NCBI GenBank assembly: GCA_027082775.1
Contig: JALWUI010000063.1
Location: 4,975 to 68,974, forward strand
Source of the DNA: Candidatus Kapaibacterium sp.
Lineage (GTDB): Bacteria; Bacteroidota; Ignavibacteria; Kapaibacteriales; WFXC01
Length of the DNA stretch: 64,000 nucleotides
Reading direction: 5' to 3'
In this document: piece after piece, positions 29,015 to 38,014 of the stretch
Layout of the letters: each line of letters begins with the position of its first letter
Position numbering within the stretch: the first letter of the stretch is position 1
Position numbers and translations under genes: made by a program
Notes under the pieces: generated by a model
Database searches by the model: none
Seen by the model: the letters and a program-made list of their open reading frames with translations, nothing else
Told to the model about the DNA's origin: nothing

Positions 29015-29815
29015 ATGATCGTTGCTAAGAACATTTTTAAATCGTTTGGGGACAAAGCAGTTTTGCGGGGAATTTCCTTAGAAATTCCAGATCGTCACAC
29101 CACGTGCATCATTGGGCGATCTGGCTGTGGTAAAAGCGTTTTGATGAAAATCATTGTTGGTTTACTGCCGCCAGACCGGGGCGAGGTCTGGATTGATGGG
29201 AAGCCGCTGGCGCAGCTCAGTGCAGCAGAGCGGTATCAGTTGCGGAAGGATATCGGCTTTGTATTCCAGGGAGCAGCCTTGTTTGATTCTCTGACAGTGC
29301 TGGAAAATGTCGTTTTAGCGCCGTATCAACACGGAGTGCGGGATCCAGAGTATCTGGAGCGCGAAGCACAGCGCGTGCTGGAAGCAGTTGGATTGCTCCC
29401 GAATCGGGAAGAGGTGGGGGAAGAAGTTTTTCTTCGGGAATATGCAGCATTGAAGGACAAAAAACCGGCAGAATTATCGGGAGGGATGCGCAAGCGCGTT
29501 GGCATTGCCCGCGCGCTGGTCGGCAATCCCCGGTATGTTTTCTATGATGAACCAACCACCGGACTGGATCCGGTTACCTCGGAGCAAATTGACCGCCTCA
29601 TCCGGCACCTGGCGCAGCAGCTTTCCGTCACTTCCGTTGTGATCACCCACGATCTATTTTCGGTAACCAACGTCGGCGATACCGTTGTGCTCCTCCACAA
29701 TGGTAAAGTGCAGTTCGCTGGCACACCGCTGGAGCTCCTGCAATCCTCCGATCCGATCGTCCAGGAATTCATCGAACGGTACGAAGAAGGAGCGCAGTAC
29801 CTGTCGCAGGTGTGA
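29015..29815 (+). CDS. ABC transporter ATP-binding protein (MlaF/Ttg2A-like)
   Basis: Walker A GRSGCGKS, signature LSGGMRKRVGIARAL, Walker B VFYDEPTTGLD. Confidence 0.85.
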   Translation: MIVAKNIFKSFGDKAVLRGISLEIPDRHTTCIIGRSGCGKSVLMKIIVGLLPPDRGEVWIDGKPLAQLSAAERYQLRKDIGFVFQGAALFDSLTVLENVVLAPYQHGVRDPEYLEREAQRVLEAVGLLPNREEVGEEVFLREYAALKDKKPAELSGGMRKRVGIARALVGNPRYVFYDEPTTGLDPVTSEQIDRLIRHLAQQLSVTSVVITHDLFSVTNVGDTVVLLHNGKVQFAGTPLELLQSSDPIVQEFIERYEEGAQYLSQV

Positions 29816-29842
29816 GGAAATTTCGCCTCTCATCACGACCGG

Positions 29843-30090
29843 GCGCGTACACTTCAGTGTCCATTCTTTGCCGGCTGAAGCCGGCGCTCCCAGTGTGCGT
29901 ATTCAACCATCCTCACAACATCCCATCCGTAGGGGCAACCCGGCTGGTCGTCCGTAGGGGCGAGCGCCGCTTCGCCTCTACACATCGGCCGGGAGTACGC
30001 GTCTCAGTGTGCATTCCTCTCACCCTAACCTTCTCCCAGAGGGAGAGGGGATTTCTTGCCGGCTAAAGCTGGCGCTCCCGATTGTGCGTT
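29843..30090. repeat. Hairpin-array repeat cluster C
   Basis: Hairpins GTACACTTCAGTGTCC, CCGGCTGAAGCCGG, GGGCGAGCGCCGCTTCGCC and CTCACCCTAACC..GAGGGG. It shares a ~80-nt module (29868-29950) with cluster D (34293-34385). Confidence 0.7.
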
Positions 30091-30287
30091 GCTAATGCCA
30101 CTTCTTGGTTATATGGCGGAAATTTGCTATATTGAAAATGTTGAAAATGGCAGGAATGGAGGAGGGGCGAAGCGGAGAGCGTTGGAGACGGATAGGAACG
30201 GAAGGAGTGAATCGGTAACGTTCTGGACATTTGACGCAGCGAACGGAGATTCAAACTGTTGTGGGATAAATCAAAGGAGTTTCGCTG

Positions 30288-33200
30288 ATGCAACGATTCA
30301 CTCTGTCGCTGATCGTTCTGTTCCTGACAACCGCTTCGCTGTCGAGCCGCACGATTTCCGAAATCTACAACGTGATCGCATCGCCGTATAGTTACGTTCC
30401 CGTGTCGCAATCGAATTCTTCAACCCTGGTGGATCTCAAGCAATATACCTCAACCTATCCAAGCAGTCCGCTGTATGGCAATTATGACGACGGCATTATT
30501 CTGCTGGGAAATTTTGGTAATTCTCAGGTCATCAATTTTGCGTTCCCGTTCAATTTGAATGAGGAAAACCAGAATGTTTTAGCACACGCTGTAAGTACGA
30601 ATGGAATGTTTCAACCCATTCGGACGCGTTCCAGCGGGGGAGGTGTGGTCACCGTGAACTCTTTTCCGTATCCATCCAGCGCCGGATACTGGGGGAATTC
30701 CCAGACCTGGAATGCAATCTTTGGCTTCGGAGGCGATCTGGATCTCTCGAACGACACGACGTCGAAATGGTACTATGCGGTTCAGGGGAGTGCACCGAAT
30801 CGGCGAATTGTCTTTGAATGGCGAAATGCGAAGATTTATGGTACCAGCACGCGGGTGACTTTCCAGATCATTTTGAACGAGTCCGATAAGTCGATCGACT
30901 TTGTCTTTGGTGGCGTCAACGGTCCGATGCCATCAAATATGACCTTTTACACCGGTGTAAACGAAGGAACGGCAGCGTTGTCCAATTACAACATTCCTGA
31001 AAAAGACAGCCACGGCGATCCGGGAAATTACATTGCGTGTAAATTTGAGAATGGATCGTGGACGTACTCCAGTTCGGTGTCGAATCCATACGGAACGATC
31101 GGAACGTTCCCGACAGAAAATATCCGCTTCTGCATTGCCCCGATTCTGAACGTATCTGCGCCGCCAACAACATTGTTCAATGCAGCGACAAATACAAATG
31201 ATCGGATCAGCGTGGGAACAACCCTGACAAAGACGTACACCATTACCAATCAGAATTCTTCCAATGCGCCGCTGAAGATCACTACCGAAATTTCCGGTCC
31301 GGGTGCCGGTTCGTATTCGGTGACCCCCGCGCAGGTGGCAGCCTTGCAACCGGGCAGTTCGCAGCAGTTTCAGGTAACGTTTTCCGGCAATGCGTTCGGT
31401 CCACGGAACGCTCAGTTGATTTTCCGCCTTTCGTCCATTGATGGTGCCAGTTGTCCTGAATTTCTGGATCCGGTCTCTGTTGGACTTCAGGGGCGCGTTC
31501 TGGGATTGGATGCTGTGATCGATCCGCTGGAGCTGGATTTTGGACAGGTTGCGGTGAATGCAACGACGGATCGAGAGTTTGCCCTGTTCTGGAATGAATC
31601 TTCGCAGACGTTGCGCTACCGCTTCTATGACCTGCAGGGGGGAGAGTTCCAGTTGCTGGGAGCGACCGGCGTTCCGCCAGAAATCGTCGGTACCGTGGCG
31701 CCGGGTGATACGGTGAAACTTCCCATCCGGTTTCATCCCAGCAGCATTGGACAGCAGCAGGCAACGGTGCGATTTCAGTATTCAAATGTGCAGCAAACGG
31801 TGTTTTCCGATGAGTACCTGGTCACGGTGCGCGGCGAGGGGACACCCACACGGTTGAAGTTTGCCATCGGCGATAACGATGAGCACGCTCCATCCGGTTC
31901 CGTGCTGGGACAGCAGCGGGAGGCAGTGGTTGGTGAACAGCCGGCAGACTTTCCCTTTACCATTTCCAATACCGGGATCGGCGGGAACGTGCGGCTGTGG
32001 AATTTCCACTTCGTTGCGCTGGATGTGGATAATCCCGTCGGTGGGCGGTTCCGCGTGCTCTGGACCCACGGCTTTGGCCAGGGAGAACCGGTGTCGCTGA
32101 ATCGCCACTTCCGGTTGCAGGCGTGGAATGGAACGGCGTGGGAAATGGTAGATCCGGCAGTTGGGGTGACGGTGAAACCGGGAGAATCGCTGCAAATGCG
32201 GGTGCTCTTTGCTCCCCATCGACGGGGCGTGTATTTTGCCCGGATGTTCTTCCAGACCGATGCAACTGCCGACCACAACTACAATGCAATTGAGGCGTTG
32301 AATGAAGCCGATCAACTCACTGCTGGATTGCAGTCCTATGATCTATACGGGTTGCGGGCACGAAATTCCCGGCTGGAACGGTTGAAGAGAGTGGAATTTC
32401 CGCCGACGAAGATTGGGCACTCAGCAGAAGTGGCGGTGCCGATTGTGAACACTGGCGATGCCCGGTTGCTCATCGACCAGTCAAGGGTGCGGCTGTTGCC
32501 CGGTGATCCTGATTTTGAAATTGTCTCGGCGTTTCCCCAGAAACCGATTGACAATGGCAACTACGTGATCGCTGTGGGCGACACCGGATACATCTACATT
32601 CGGTTCACGCCGCAGGCGATTGGTGCGCGCTACTCCCGATTGGAACTGTACTGCAATGATTCAACCAATGCAGAAAGCACTCGTGGACGGCGTTCCGCTT
32701 TTATCTTTGGAGAAGCGGTGGGAGTGCCAGTGCTGGATGTGCAACTGGCAGGATCCGACACGGTCCTTTTCGCTCAGGATACCGTTGTGGTCGGGGATCC
32801 AACCACGTACAAGACAGCGAGTGTTCAGCTTGTGAATACGGGAAGCGAGACCTTAGAAATCACCGACATTCTGCTCAGCGGTGCCAATGCTGACGACTAT
32901 CAGCTTGCCTACCGAACGTGGCGGAAAGATCCAGAACCACAGGGAGATTTGCCCTGGCTGCTGGAGCCCGGTGATCAGCGCACGGTGACGGTGAGTTTTA
33001 TGCCGCAGACGCCGGGACATAAATCTGCTGCAGTGCAAATTCGGAGTAATGCAGAGAATGGCGCAGTGCTGGAAATTCCACTGGGTGGCTTTGCTGGCGT
33101 TCGCACAATCGCTGCCGCTGTTGATACCCTCTTCCTCACCGATAGCGTGGTGATCCAGGAAACGATCACGCGCACCGTTGCCATCCTGAATACCGGCACT

Positions 33201-34022
33201 GTGCCGGTACAGATTCTCAACGCAACGATTCAGGATGATGCAAATCGGAGCTATGCAGTCAACTTCTCCGATCCGGTCACCATTCCACCGTCGGAAAGCT
33301 ATGATCTGGAAGTGCGGTTTACGGGGAAGGAACTGGGACCGCAGCCAGCGACCTTGGTGGTAGAAAGCAATGCGACCGATGCGGCACAGTTGCACATCGC
33401 GCTGGCAGGCTATGTGGGATATCGCCTCCTGCGGTCGATTAGCCCGTTGATCAAAGTGACCCGGCACATCACCCCCGGTGGATTGCAGGGCAGCGAAGGG
33501 TGTGTCGATTTGCAAAATCTGGGCGACATCTCCCTGCGGATCCTCAGCGTTGCGATTTACGGTGATCAACTGGGTGAGTTTGAAATCCTCGAGTACCCGG
33601 AAGTGCTGATGCCGAATCAAAAAGCACCGTTGTGCATTCGGTATACTCCGAAATCTGAGCAGTTCCCCACCGCCTTTGTGGAAATCGAAGACAACGATCC
33701 ACGGTCGGTCAATCTGACCATTCCGATCAACATCATCGTTACGGGAATTGCCAAACAGCCGCACCAGAATCGAGGGATTACCGCAACGCTCTACGACGAG
33801 AACCGGGTGCTATCCATCGACCTGGCACTCACCCATCCGCAGCCAGTGCAAATTCGGATAACGGATCTTGCGGGCAAAGTGCTCTTTCAGGCGAAGGAAA
33901 CCAATCCGGTAACCCGGCTGCGGTTGCAGGTGCCGGCAGAGCGATGGAGTAGTGGTTTATACGTATTGCACGTTCAGGGCGTCGATGGTCAGTTAACACA
34001 ACTCTTTTCCATCGTGCGCTGA
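30288..34022 (+). CDS. 1244-aa secreted multi-Ig-like-domain protein with T9SS C-terminal sorting domain
   Basis: Signal peptide; many DFGQV..N.t repeats; C-terminal T9SS CTD-like beta-sandwich (...LYVLHVQGVDGQLTQLFSIVR). Confidence 0.6.
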   Translation: MQRFTLSLIVLFLTTASLSSRTISEIYNVIASPYSYVPVSQSNSSTLVDLKQYTSTYPSSPLYGNYDDGIILLGNFGNSQVINFAFPFNLNEENQNVLAHAVSTNGMFQPIRTRSSGGGVVTVNSFPYPSSAGYWGNSQTWNAIFGFGGDLDLSNDTTSKWYYAVQGSAPNRRIVFEWRNAKIYGTSTRVTFQIILNESDKSIDFVFGGVNGPMPSNMTFYTGVNEGTAALSNYNIPEKDSHGDPGNYIACKFENGSWTYSSSVSNPYGTIGTFPTENIRFCIAPILNVSAPPTTLFNAATNTNDRISVGTTLTKTYTITNQNSSNAPLKITTEISGPGAGSYSVTPAQVAALQPGSSQQFQVTFSGNAFGPRNAQLIFRLSSIDGASCPEFLDPVSVGLQGRVLGLDAVIDPLELDFGQVAVNATTDREFALFWNESSQTLRYRFYDLQGGEFQLLGATGVPPEIVGTVAPGDTVKLPIRFHPSSIGQQQATVRFQYSNVQQTVFSDEYLVTVRGEGTPTRLKFAIGDNDEHAPSGSVLGQQREAVVGEQPADFPFTISNTGIGGNVRLWNFHFVALDVDNPVGGRFRVLWTHGFGQGEPVSLNRHFRLQAWNGTAWEMVDPAVGVTVKPGESLQMRVLFAPHRRGVYFARMFFQTDATADHNYNAIEALNEADQLTAGLQSYDLYGLRARNSRLERLKRVEFPPTKIGHSAEVAVPIVNTGDARLLIDQSRVRLLPGDPDFEIVSAFPQKPIDNGNYVIAVGDTGYIYIRFTPQAIGARYSRLELYCNDSTNAESTRGRRSAFIFGEAVGVPVLDVQLAGSDTVLFAQDTVVVGDPTTYKTASVQLVNTGSETLEITDILLSGANADDYQLAYRTWRKDPEPQGDLPWLLEPGDQRTVTVSFMPQTPGHKSAAVQIRSNAENGAVLEIPLGGFAGVRTIAAAVDTLFLTDSVVIQETITRTVAILNTGTVPVQILNATIQDDANRSYAVNFSDPVTIPPSESYDLEVRFTGKELGPQPATLVVESNATDAAQLHIALAGYVGYRLLRSISPLIKVTRHITPGGLQGSEGCVDLQNLGDISLRILSVAIYGDQLGEFEILEYPEVLMPNQKAPLCIRYTPKSEQFPTAFVEIEDNDPRSVNLTIPINIIVTGIAKQPHQNRGITATLYDENRVLSIDLALTHPQPVQIRITDLAGKVLFQAKETNPVTRLRLQVPAERWSSGLYVLHVQGVDGQLTQLFSIVR

Positions 34023-34162
34023 AAACGCTTCCATAGCACCCGACAACGTCGCAAGCGTGCAACGGGTCGCAGACGGAGAACGCTATGGCGCGCTCTTACT
34101 CTCAAGCGGCGCTACAAGCGTGCAACGCCTCGCAGAGCAGAAGATTTTGAGCGGTAGCGCTG

Positions 34163-34455
34163 CCGGCGGGTTTTCGTTGGTAGAAAAGTTTCGCACGTCA
34201 CTCACGGGAAACACGCATTGCAGCCCGCATTTAGCGGGAGCGCACGCTTCAGTGTGCATTCACTGGGAACGTACCCTTTAGGGTGCAAAGATGCCGGCTA
34301 AAGCCGGTGCTCCCAGTGTGTGTGTATTCAACCATCCTCACAACATCCCATCCGTAGGGGCGACCCGGCTGGTCGCCCACTTTCTACATCCGCAGGAACT
34401 CTCGATAGCTCATCGGGCGAAGCACCGCTTCGCCCCTACCATTGCGCGCAACTAC
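34163..34455. repeat. Hairpin-array repeat cluster D
   Basis: Positions 34163-34292 are about 95% identical to 37396-37525 of cluster E in the same orientation. Also contains a 22-nt direct repeat CAAGCGTGCAACG..TCGCAGA, two copies between 34050 and 34145. Confidence 0.7.
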
Positions 34456-34490
34456 ACCCAATGGTTCGAGGAGGTACACCGCAAGTTGGA

Positions 34491-37265
34491 TTACCGCACC
34501 AGCACCATTCTTTTTACCTCAACAACTCCACCAGCCCTGAGCTGGTAGATGTATACTCCGTCCGGTAACTTGCTGGCATCGAAGACTACCGAATGCCTGC
34601 CTGCTTCAAGCACTGCATCGATCACCGTCGCTACCTCTCTGCCGAACAGATCAAAGACCTTCAGCGTCACAGCGGTTCGCTGTGGCAGGAAAAAAGGAAT
34701 AGTCGTTGTGGAATGGAATGGTTCCGGTTGATTCTGCTCAAGAATTGGTCGGTGAGGAAAGAGCGGATTTTCCGATACACTGGTTGCCTCTACCGTGATT
34801 GTTCGCCACTGGCTCCAGTATCCCAGTGCCGTTTTCCAGTCCATTGCCCGGACGCGGAATTCCCACGTCCCACCGGCTAATGCCAGCGAATCAGGCAGGG
34901 TAAATGATGCGGCTATACCGGGATCAGCAAAGGCAGTTTGCCAGTGGATAGTCACAGTATCCCGTTTGAGCTCGATGCGATATGCCAGCGAATCTCCCTG
35001 GGGATCATCGGCTTTCAGAACAAACGTTGGTGTGGGTGATACCATTGCGCCTGCTGCTGGTTCTGTGATCTCCACCGCCGATGGTGAATCGTTCAGGGAG
35101 TCCAGTTGCTTGTAGATCTCAGGGGTCATCTCGTGGAGTGTGTCGCCCTGTTGCCAGAGGCGATTACCGTCTGCTCCTGCTACTTTCCGGGGTGTTGCGG
35201 GCGGCGTCAGTTCACGTTGTATTCTGGAAGGCGGGATGTGCACCCGATCTTGCCAGTTGATCCCGTGGCGCAGATCGATGTTTGCCCAGTCATCATAACT
35301 GGTCAACACGCTTCTTCTCCAATCTCTGTTAATATCCCGCTGCACGTTGACATCGTGGGTATCGCCATCTTGATTCCAATCAACGGGACCGCGTTCACGA
35401 ACAAAGGTGGTGTCCATAGGAAGCACATGCCCTGCGTGTCCCCCGATCCCTGCTGGTTCAGAAAGGGAATCTTCGTTTAAGATGTTGAATGCCTGGCGGG
35501 AATAATCCAGGATCCAGCTTCCCGCATAGCTCCTGAGAGGAAGCTGCCAGAGGTAGTTCATAACGCTATGGAAGTTCGGTTTATAGTTTGTGTGGTCGCT
35601 GCCGCCGTGGCGAAGTCCAAGGGTATGCCCCAGCTCGTGCATAAAGGTTCCTGCTACGACGTTATCCCACGTTAGCGGTGGATTGGGATGTTTGGTAAGC
35701 GCCAAGCGGTATGCTTGCCAGTCAAAGCTTCCCAGGGAAACGATAAAATCATCGCCGGGGAGTTCTGCCAGGCCAGAGGATCCATCGGCATCATACTGAA
35801 CGGCAAAAAGGCAGTAGCGAAAAACCATCCGCCTGGCTTTGCGAATGTTCTCCCAGTTGTCGCTGGCCCGCTCTGCTGGAGTACCGAAATATATGGCTTT
35901 CAGTGAATCAAATTCCTGCCAGATGGTCAGCAGCGGATCTGGATCGATGGATAGATCTCCACCATTCTGCACGTGCAGTGCAAATGGTGGCTTGTCAGGC
36001 GCGCGCCGAAAGGCAGCAACGACTGCATCAATCGCTGCTTTAGATGGAGCCATCCCCTGCATTGCATCATATTCCACGAAGATATCCCGCTGTCCCACCT
36101 TAGCACCTAACGCTGGCAGGTCAAGATCAACAGTGCCGTCGTTGTTGATGTCGATTCCGTCGCGTTCCCAGTCATCGCAGATGTAATCCTGATCGGTATC
36201 CCCGCCGGGGCAGGTATTCAGCAAAAAGCCCCTGGAATACCCGACTGTAGCGTTGAAACCGTTTCCTACGATGTAGCGGCCGTCAGAAGAAATGGCTTCT
36301 GCGGAAATGAGTTGCGAGCCATCAGCTAACAGGGTAGCAAAAGTAGAATCCAAATTTTCTACTCTGAACATCTGAATATCCCACACCGCAGCGTGATAGT
36401 TACCACGTTCATCCTTGGCCTTACCTACCACGAAACGCCCATCGGCGGAGATACCGTGCGCCTCACTGGACGTCCCCCCGAAGGTGCCGAGCCCGAGCAT
36501 AAGCTTTGATGCTATGTCCCATAAAACGGCTTGCCTGAAATCTCCGCCTGTTTGCCCTGCAACGAAGCGCCCATCAAGAGATACATCATAGGGCCGGCTA
36601 TCATAGTCGTCAAGAAATTCGAGATCTAACAGCTTCCCTGTTTTTACACTCCAGCGCACGGCGTGCCGATTATTGGCTGAATCCGTTGTCATACCAACCA
36701 CAAAACGACCATCGGGAGAAACAGCATTGGCGACACCCCAGTAGCCCCCTAAGTCCCCAAGATCCTGAATCCGTCCAGTTCGTGCATCCCAAAGGAAGGC
36801 ACGACGTATTCCTAAATTTCCTTCCTCAGCCCAGCCAACCACGTAACGACCATCGGCAGAAATGTCCGTGGCTCTGCTGCGTGCTCCTCCCAGTGTGCCA
36901 AGATCCTGGATCCGTCCAGTTCGTGCATCCCATAAAAAAGCACGTTCGTATCCTTCGGCATTGCGGGAACTCCCAACCACAAAATGACCATCGGCAGAAA
37001 TACCCCAGGCGAAGCTTTCGTCCCCTCCCAGTGTCCCGAGATCCTGCACTTTCCCTGTGACTATATCCCATCGAACAGCGTGTCTTGTGCCACTGGTGGT
37101 GCTTGCCCAGCCGACTGCGTAGCGGCCATCAGCAGAAATGTCGTATGCTGCACTGAAATCACCCCCTAACGTGCCCAGCCAGATAAGCTGTTGTGCCTGC
37201 GAGATGGGAGTCCAGAGGATCATCACTACCAGCGAGATGGAACAAACAGAACGCCACTTCATCAC
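34491..37265 (-). CDS. T9SS-sorted protein with N-terminal HAF repeats and a metzincin-type zinc metalloprotease domain
   Basis: Signal peptide; about 8 HAF repeats (RAFLWDARTGRIQDLGTLGG..S.A.gISADGRyVVG); metzincin motif HELGHTLGLRHG (HExxHxxGxxH); FN3-like module; T9SS CTD (GVYIYQLRAGGVVEVKRMVLVR). Confidence 0.65.
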   Translation of the reverse strand: MMKWRSVCSISLVVMILWTPISQAQQLIWLGTLGGDFSAAYDISADGRYAVGWASTTSGTRHAVRWDIVTGKVQDLGTLGGDESFAWGISADGHFVVGSSRNAEGYERAFLWDARTGRIQDLGTLGGARSRATDISADGRYVVGWAEEGNLGIRRAFLWDARTGRIQDLGDLGGYWGVANAVSPDGRFVVGMTTDSANNRHAVRWSVKTGKLLDLEFLDDYDSRPYDVSLDGRFVAGQTGGDFRQAVLWDIASKLMLGLGTFGGTSSEAHGISADGRFVVGKAKDERGNYHAAVWDIQMFRVENLDSTFATLLADGSQLISAEAISSDGRYIVGNGFNATVGYSRGFLLNTCPGGDTDQDYICDDWERDGIDINNDGTVDLDLPALGAKVGQRDIFVEYDAMQGMAPSKAAIDAVVAAFRRAPDKPPFALHVQNGGDLSIDPDPLLTIWQEFDSLKAIYFGTPAERASDNWENIRKARRMVFRYCLFAVQYDADGSSGLAELPGDDFIVSLGSFDWQAYRLALTKHPNPPLTWDNVVAGTFMHELGHTLGLRHGGSDHTNYKPNFHSVMNYLWQLPLRSYAGSWILDYSRQAFNILNEDSLSEPAGIGGHAGHVLPMDTTFVRERGPVDWNQDGDTHDVNVQRDINRDWRRSVLTSYDDWANIDLRHGINWQDRVHIPPSRIQRELTPPATPRKVAGADGNRLWQQGDTLHEMTPEIYKQLDSLNDSPSAVEITEPAAGAMVSPTPTFVLKADDPQGDSLAYRIELKRDTVTIHWQTAFADPGIAASFTLPDSLALAGGTWEFRVRAMDWKTALGYWSQWRTITVEATSVSENPLFPHRPILEQNQPEPFHSTTTIPFFLPQRTAVTLKVFDLFGREVATVIDAVLEAGRHSVVFDASKLPDGVYIYQLRAGGVVEVKRMVLVR

Positions 37266-37308
37266 CGATGATCTCCTTTGTTGTGCTCACAAACAAATCT
37301 TGCAGTAC

Positions 37309-37372
37309 TACAAATTTACGCCGCCCGTTGCTTCAATGCAATAGCATTTTTTCCAAAATGTCACTGGAAGAA
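37309..37372 (-). promoter_or_regulatory. Conserved upstream motif plus Bacteroidetes-type -33/-7 promoter (copy 1) for the HAF-metzincin gene
   Basis: Gene-sense sequence ...CCAGTGACATTTTGGAAAAAATGCTATTGCATTGAAGCAACGGGCGGCGTAAATTTG. TTG and TAAATTTG (TAnnTTTG) are spaced 20 nt apart; the upstream block recurs at 58760 and 51710. Confidence 0.5.
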
Positions 37373-37395
37373 GTTCCTTTTAGCGACATATGCCG

Positions 37396-37925
37396 CCAAT
37401 CGCTACTGGGTCTCCATCGGTGAAAGAATCTTTCGGCACGTCACTCGCGGGAAACACGCATTTCAGCCCGCATTTAGCGGGAGCGCACGCTTCAGCGTGC
37501 ATTCACTGGGAACGTACCTTTAGGGTGCATTTACTGGGAACGCACCCTTTAGGGTGCATTCTTGCCGGCTAAAGCCGGCGCTCCCGGTAAGGCACTCCCT
37601 GTTACTGGGAGCGCACCCTTTAGGGTGCATTCTTGCCGGCTGAAGCCGGTGCTCCCAGTGGGGTTTACTGGGGGCATACGCTTCAGCGTACGTTGCCCTC
37701 ACCCTACCCCTTTCCCAGAGGAAGAGGAAATTTCCTGTATCTGTAGGGGCGACCGGCTGGTCGCCCATCGGGCGAAACATTGCTTCGCCCCTACATATCA
37801 CGCTGGGAGCGCACCCTTTAGGGTGCATGCCGACTGAAGTCGGCGCTCCTGGGTGGGTTGCGACAGGGGAGCGCACGCTTCAGCGTACACCATCTGTGGT
37901 AGGACAACCCTCCGGGTTGTGCAAG
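37396..37925. repeat. Hairpin-array repeat cluster E (largest)
   Basis: Units GCACGCTTCAGCGTGC, GCACCCTTTAGGGTGC (several copies), CCGGCTAAAGCCGG, CCGACTGAAGTCGG, GCGACCGGCTGGTCGC, GGGCGAAACATTGCTTCGCCC and GGACAACCCTCCGGGTTGT. Confidence 0.75.
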
Positions 37926-38014
37926 CTAAGCCAGCGGTTTGCTCTACTATTTATATCCTGTCGTCGAAAGCTGGTGCTCCGGTTTACTCTTCTTCCTGAG
38001 CACAGAAACTCCGA

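Noticed and set aside
37390-37876. ORFs 37562-37837, 37520-37876, 43225-43542, 48022-48386, 61396-61967, 11624-12128, 29812-30066 and 34291-34568 within the other repeat clusters.
   Set aside because: Same artefact as above: repeat-derived open frames carrying the identical low-complexity peptides.
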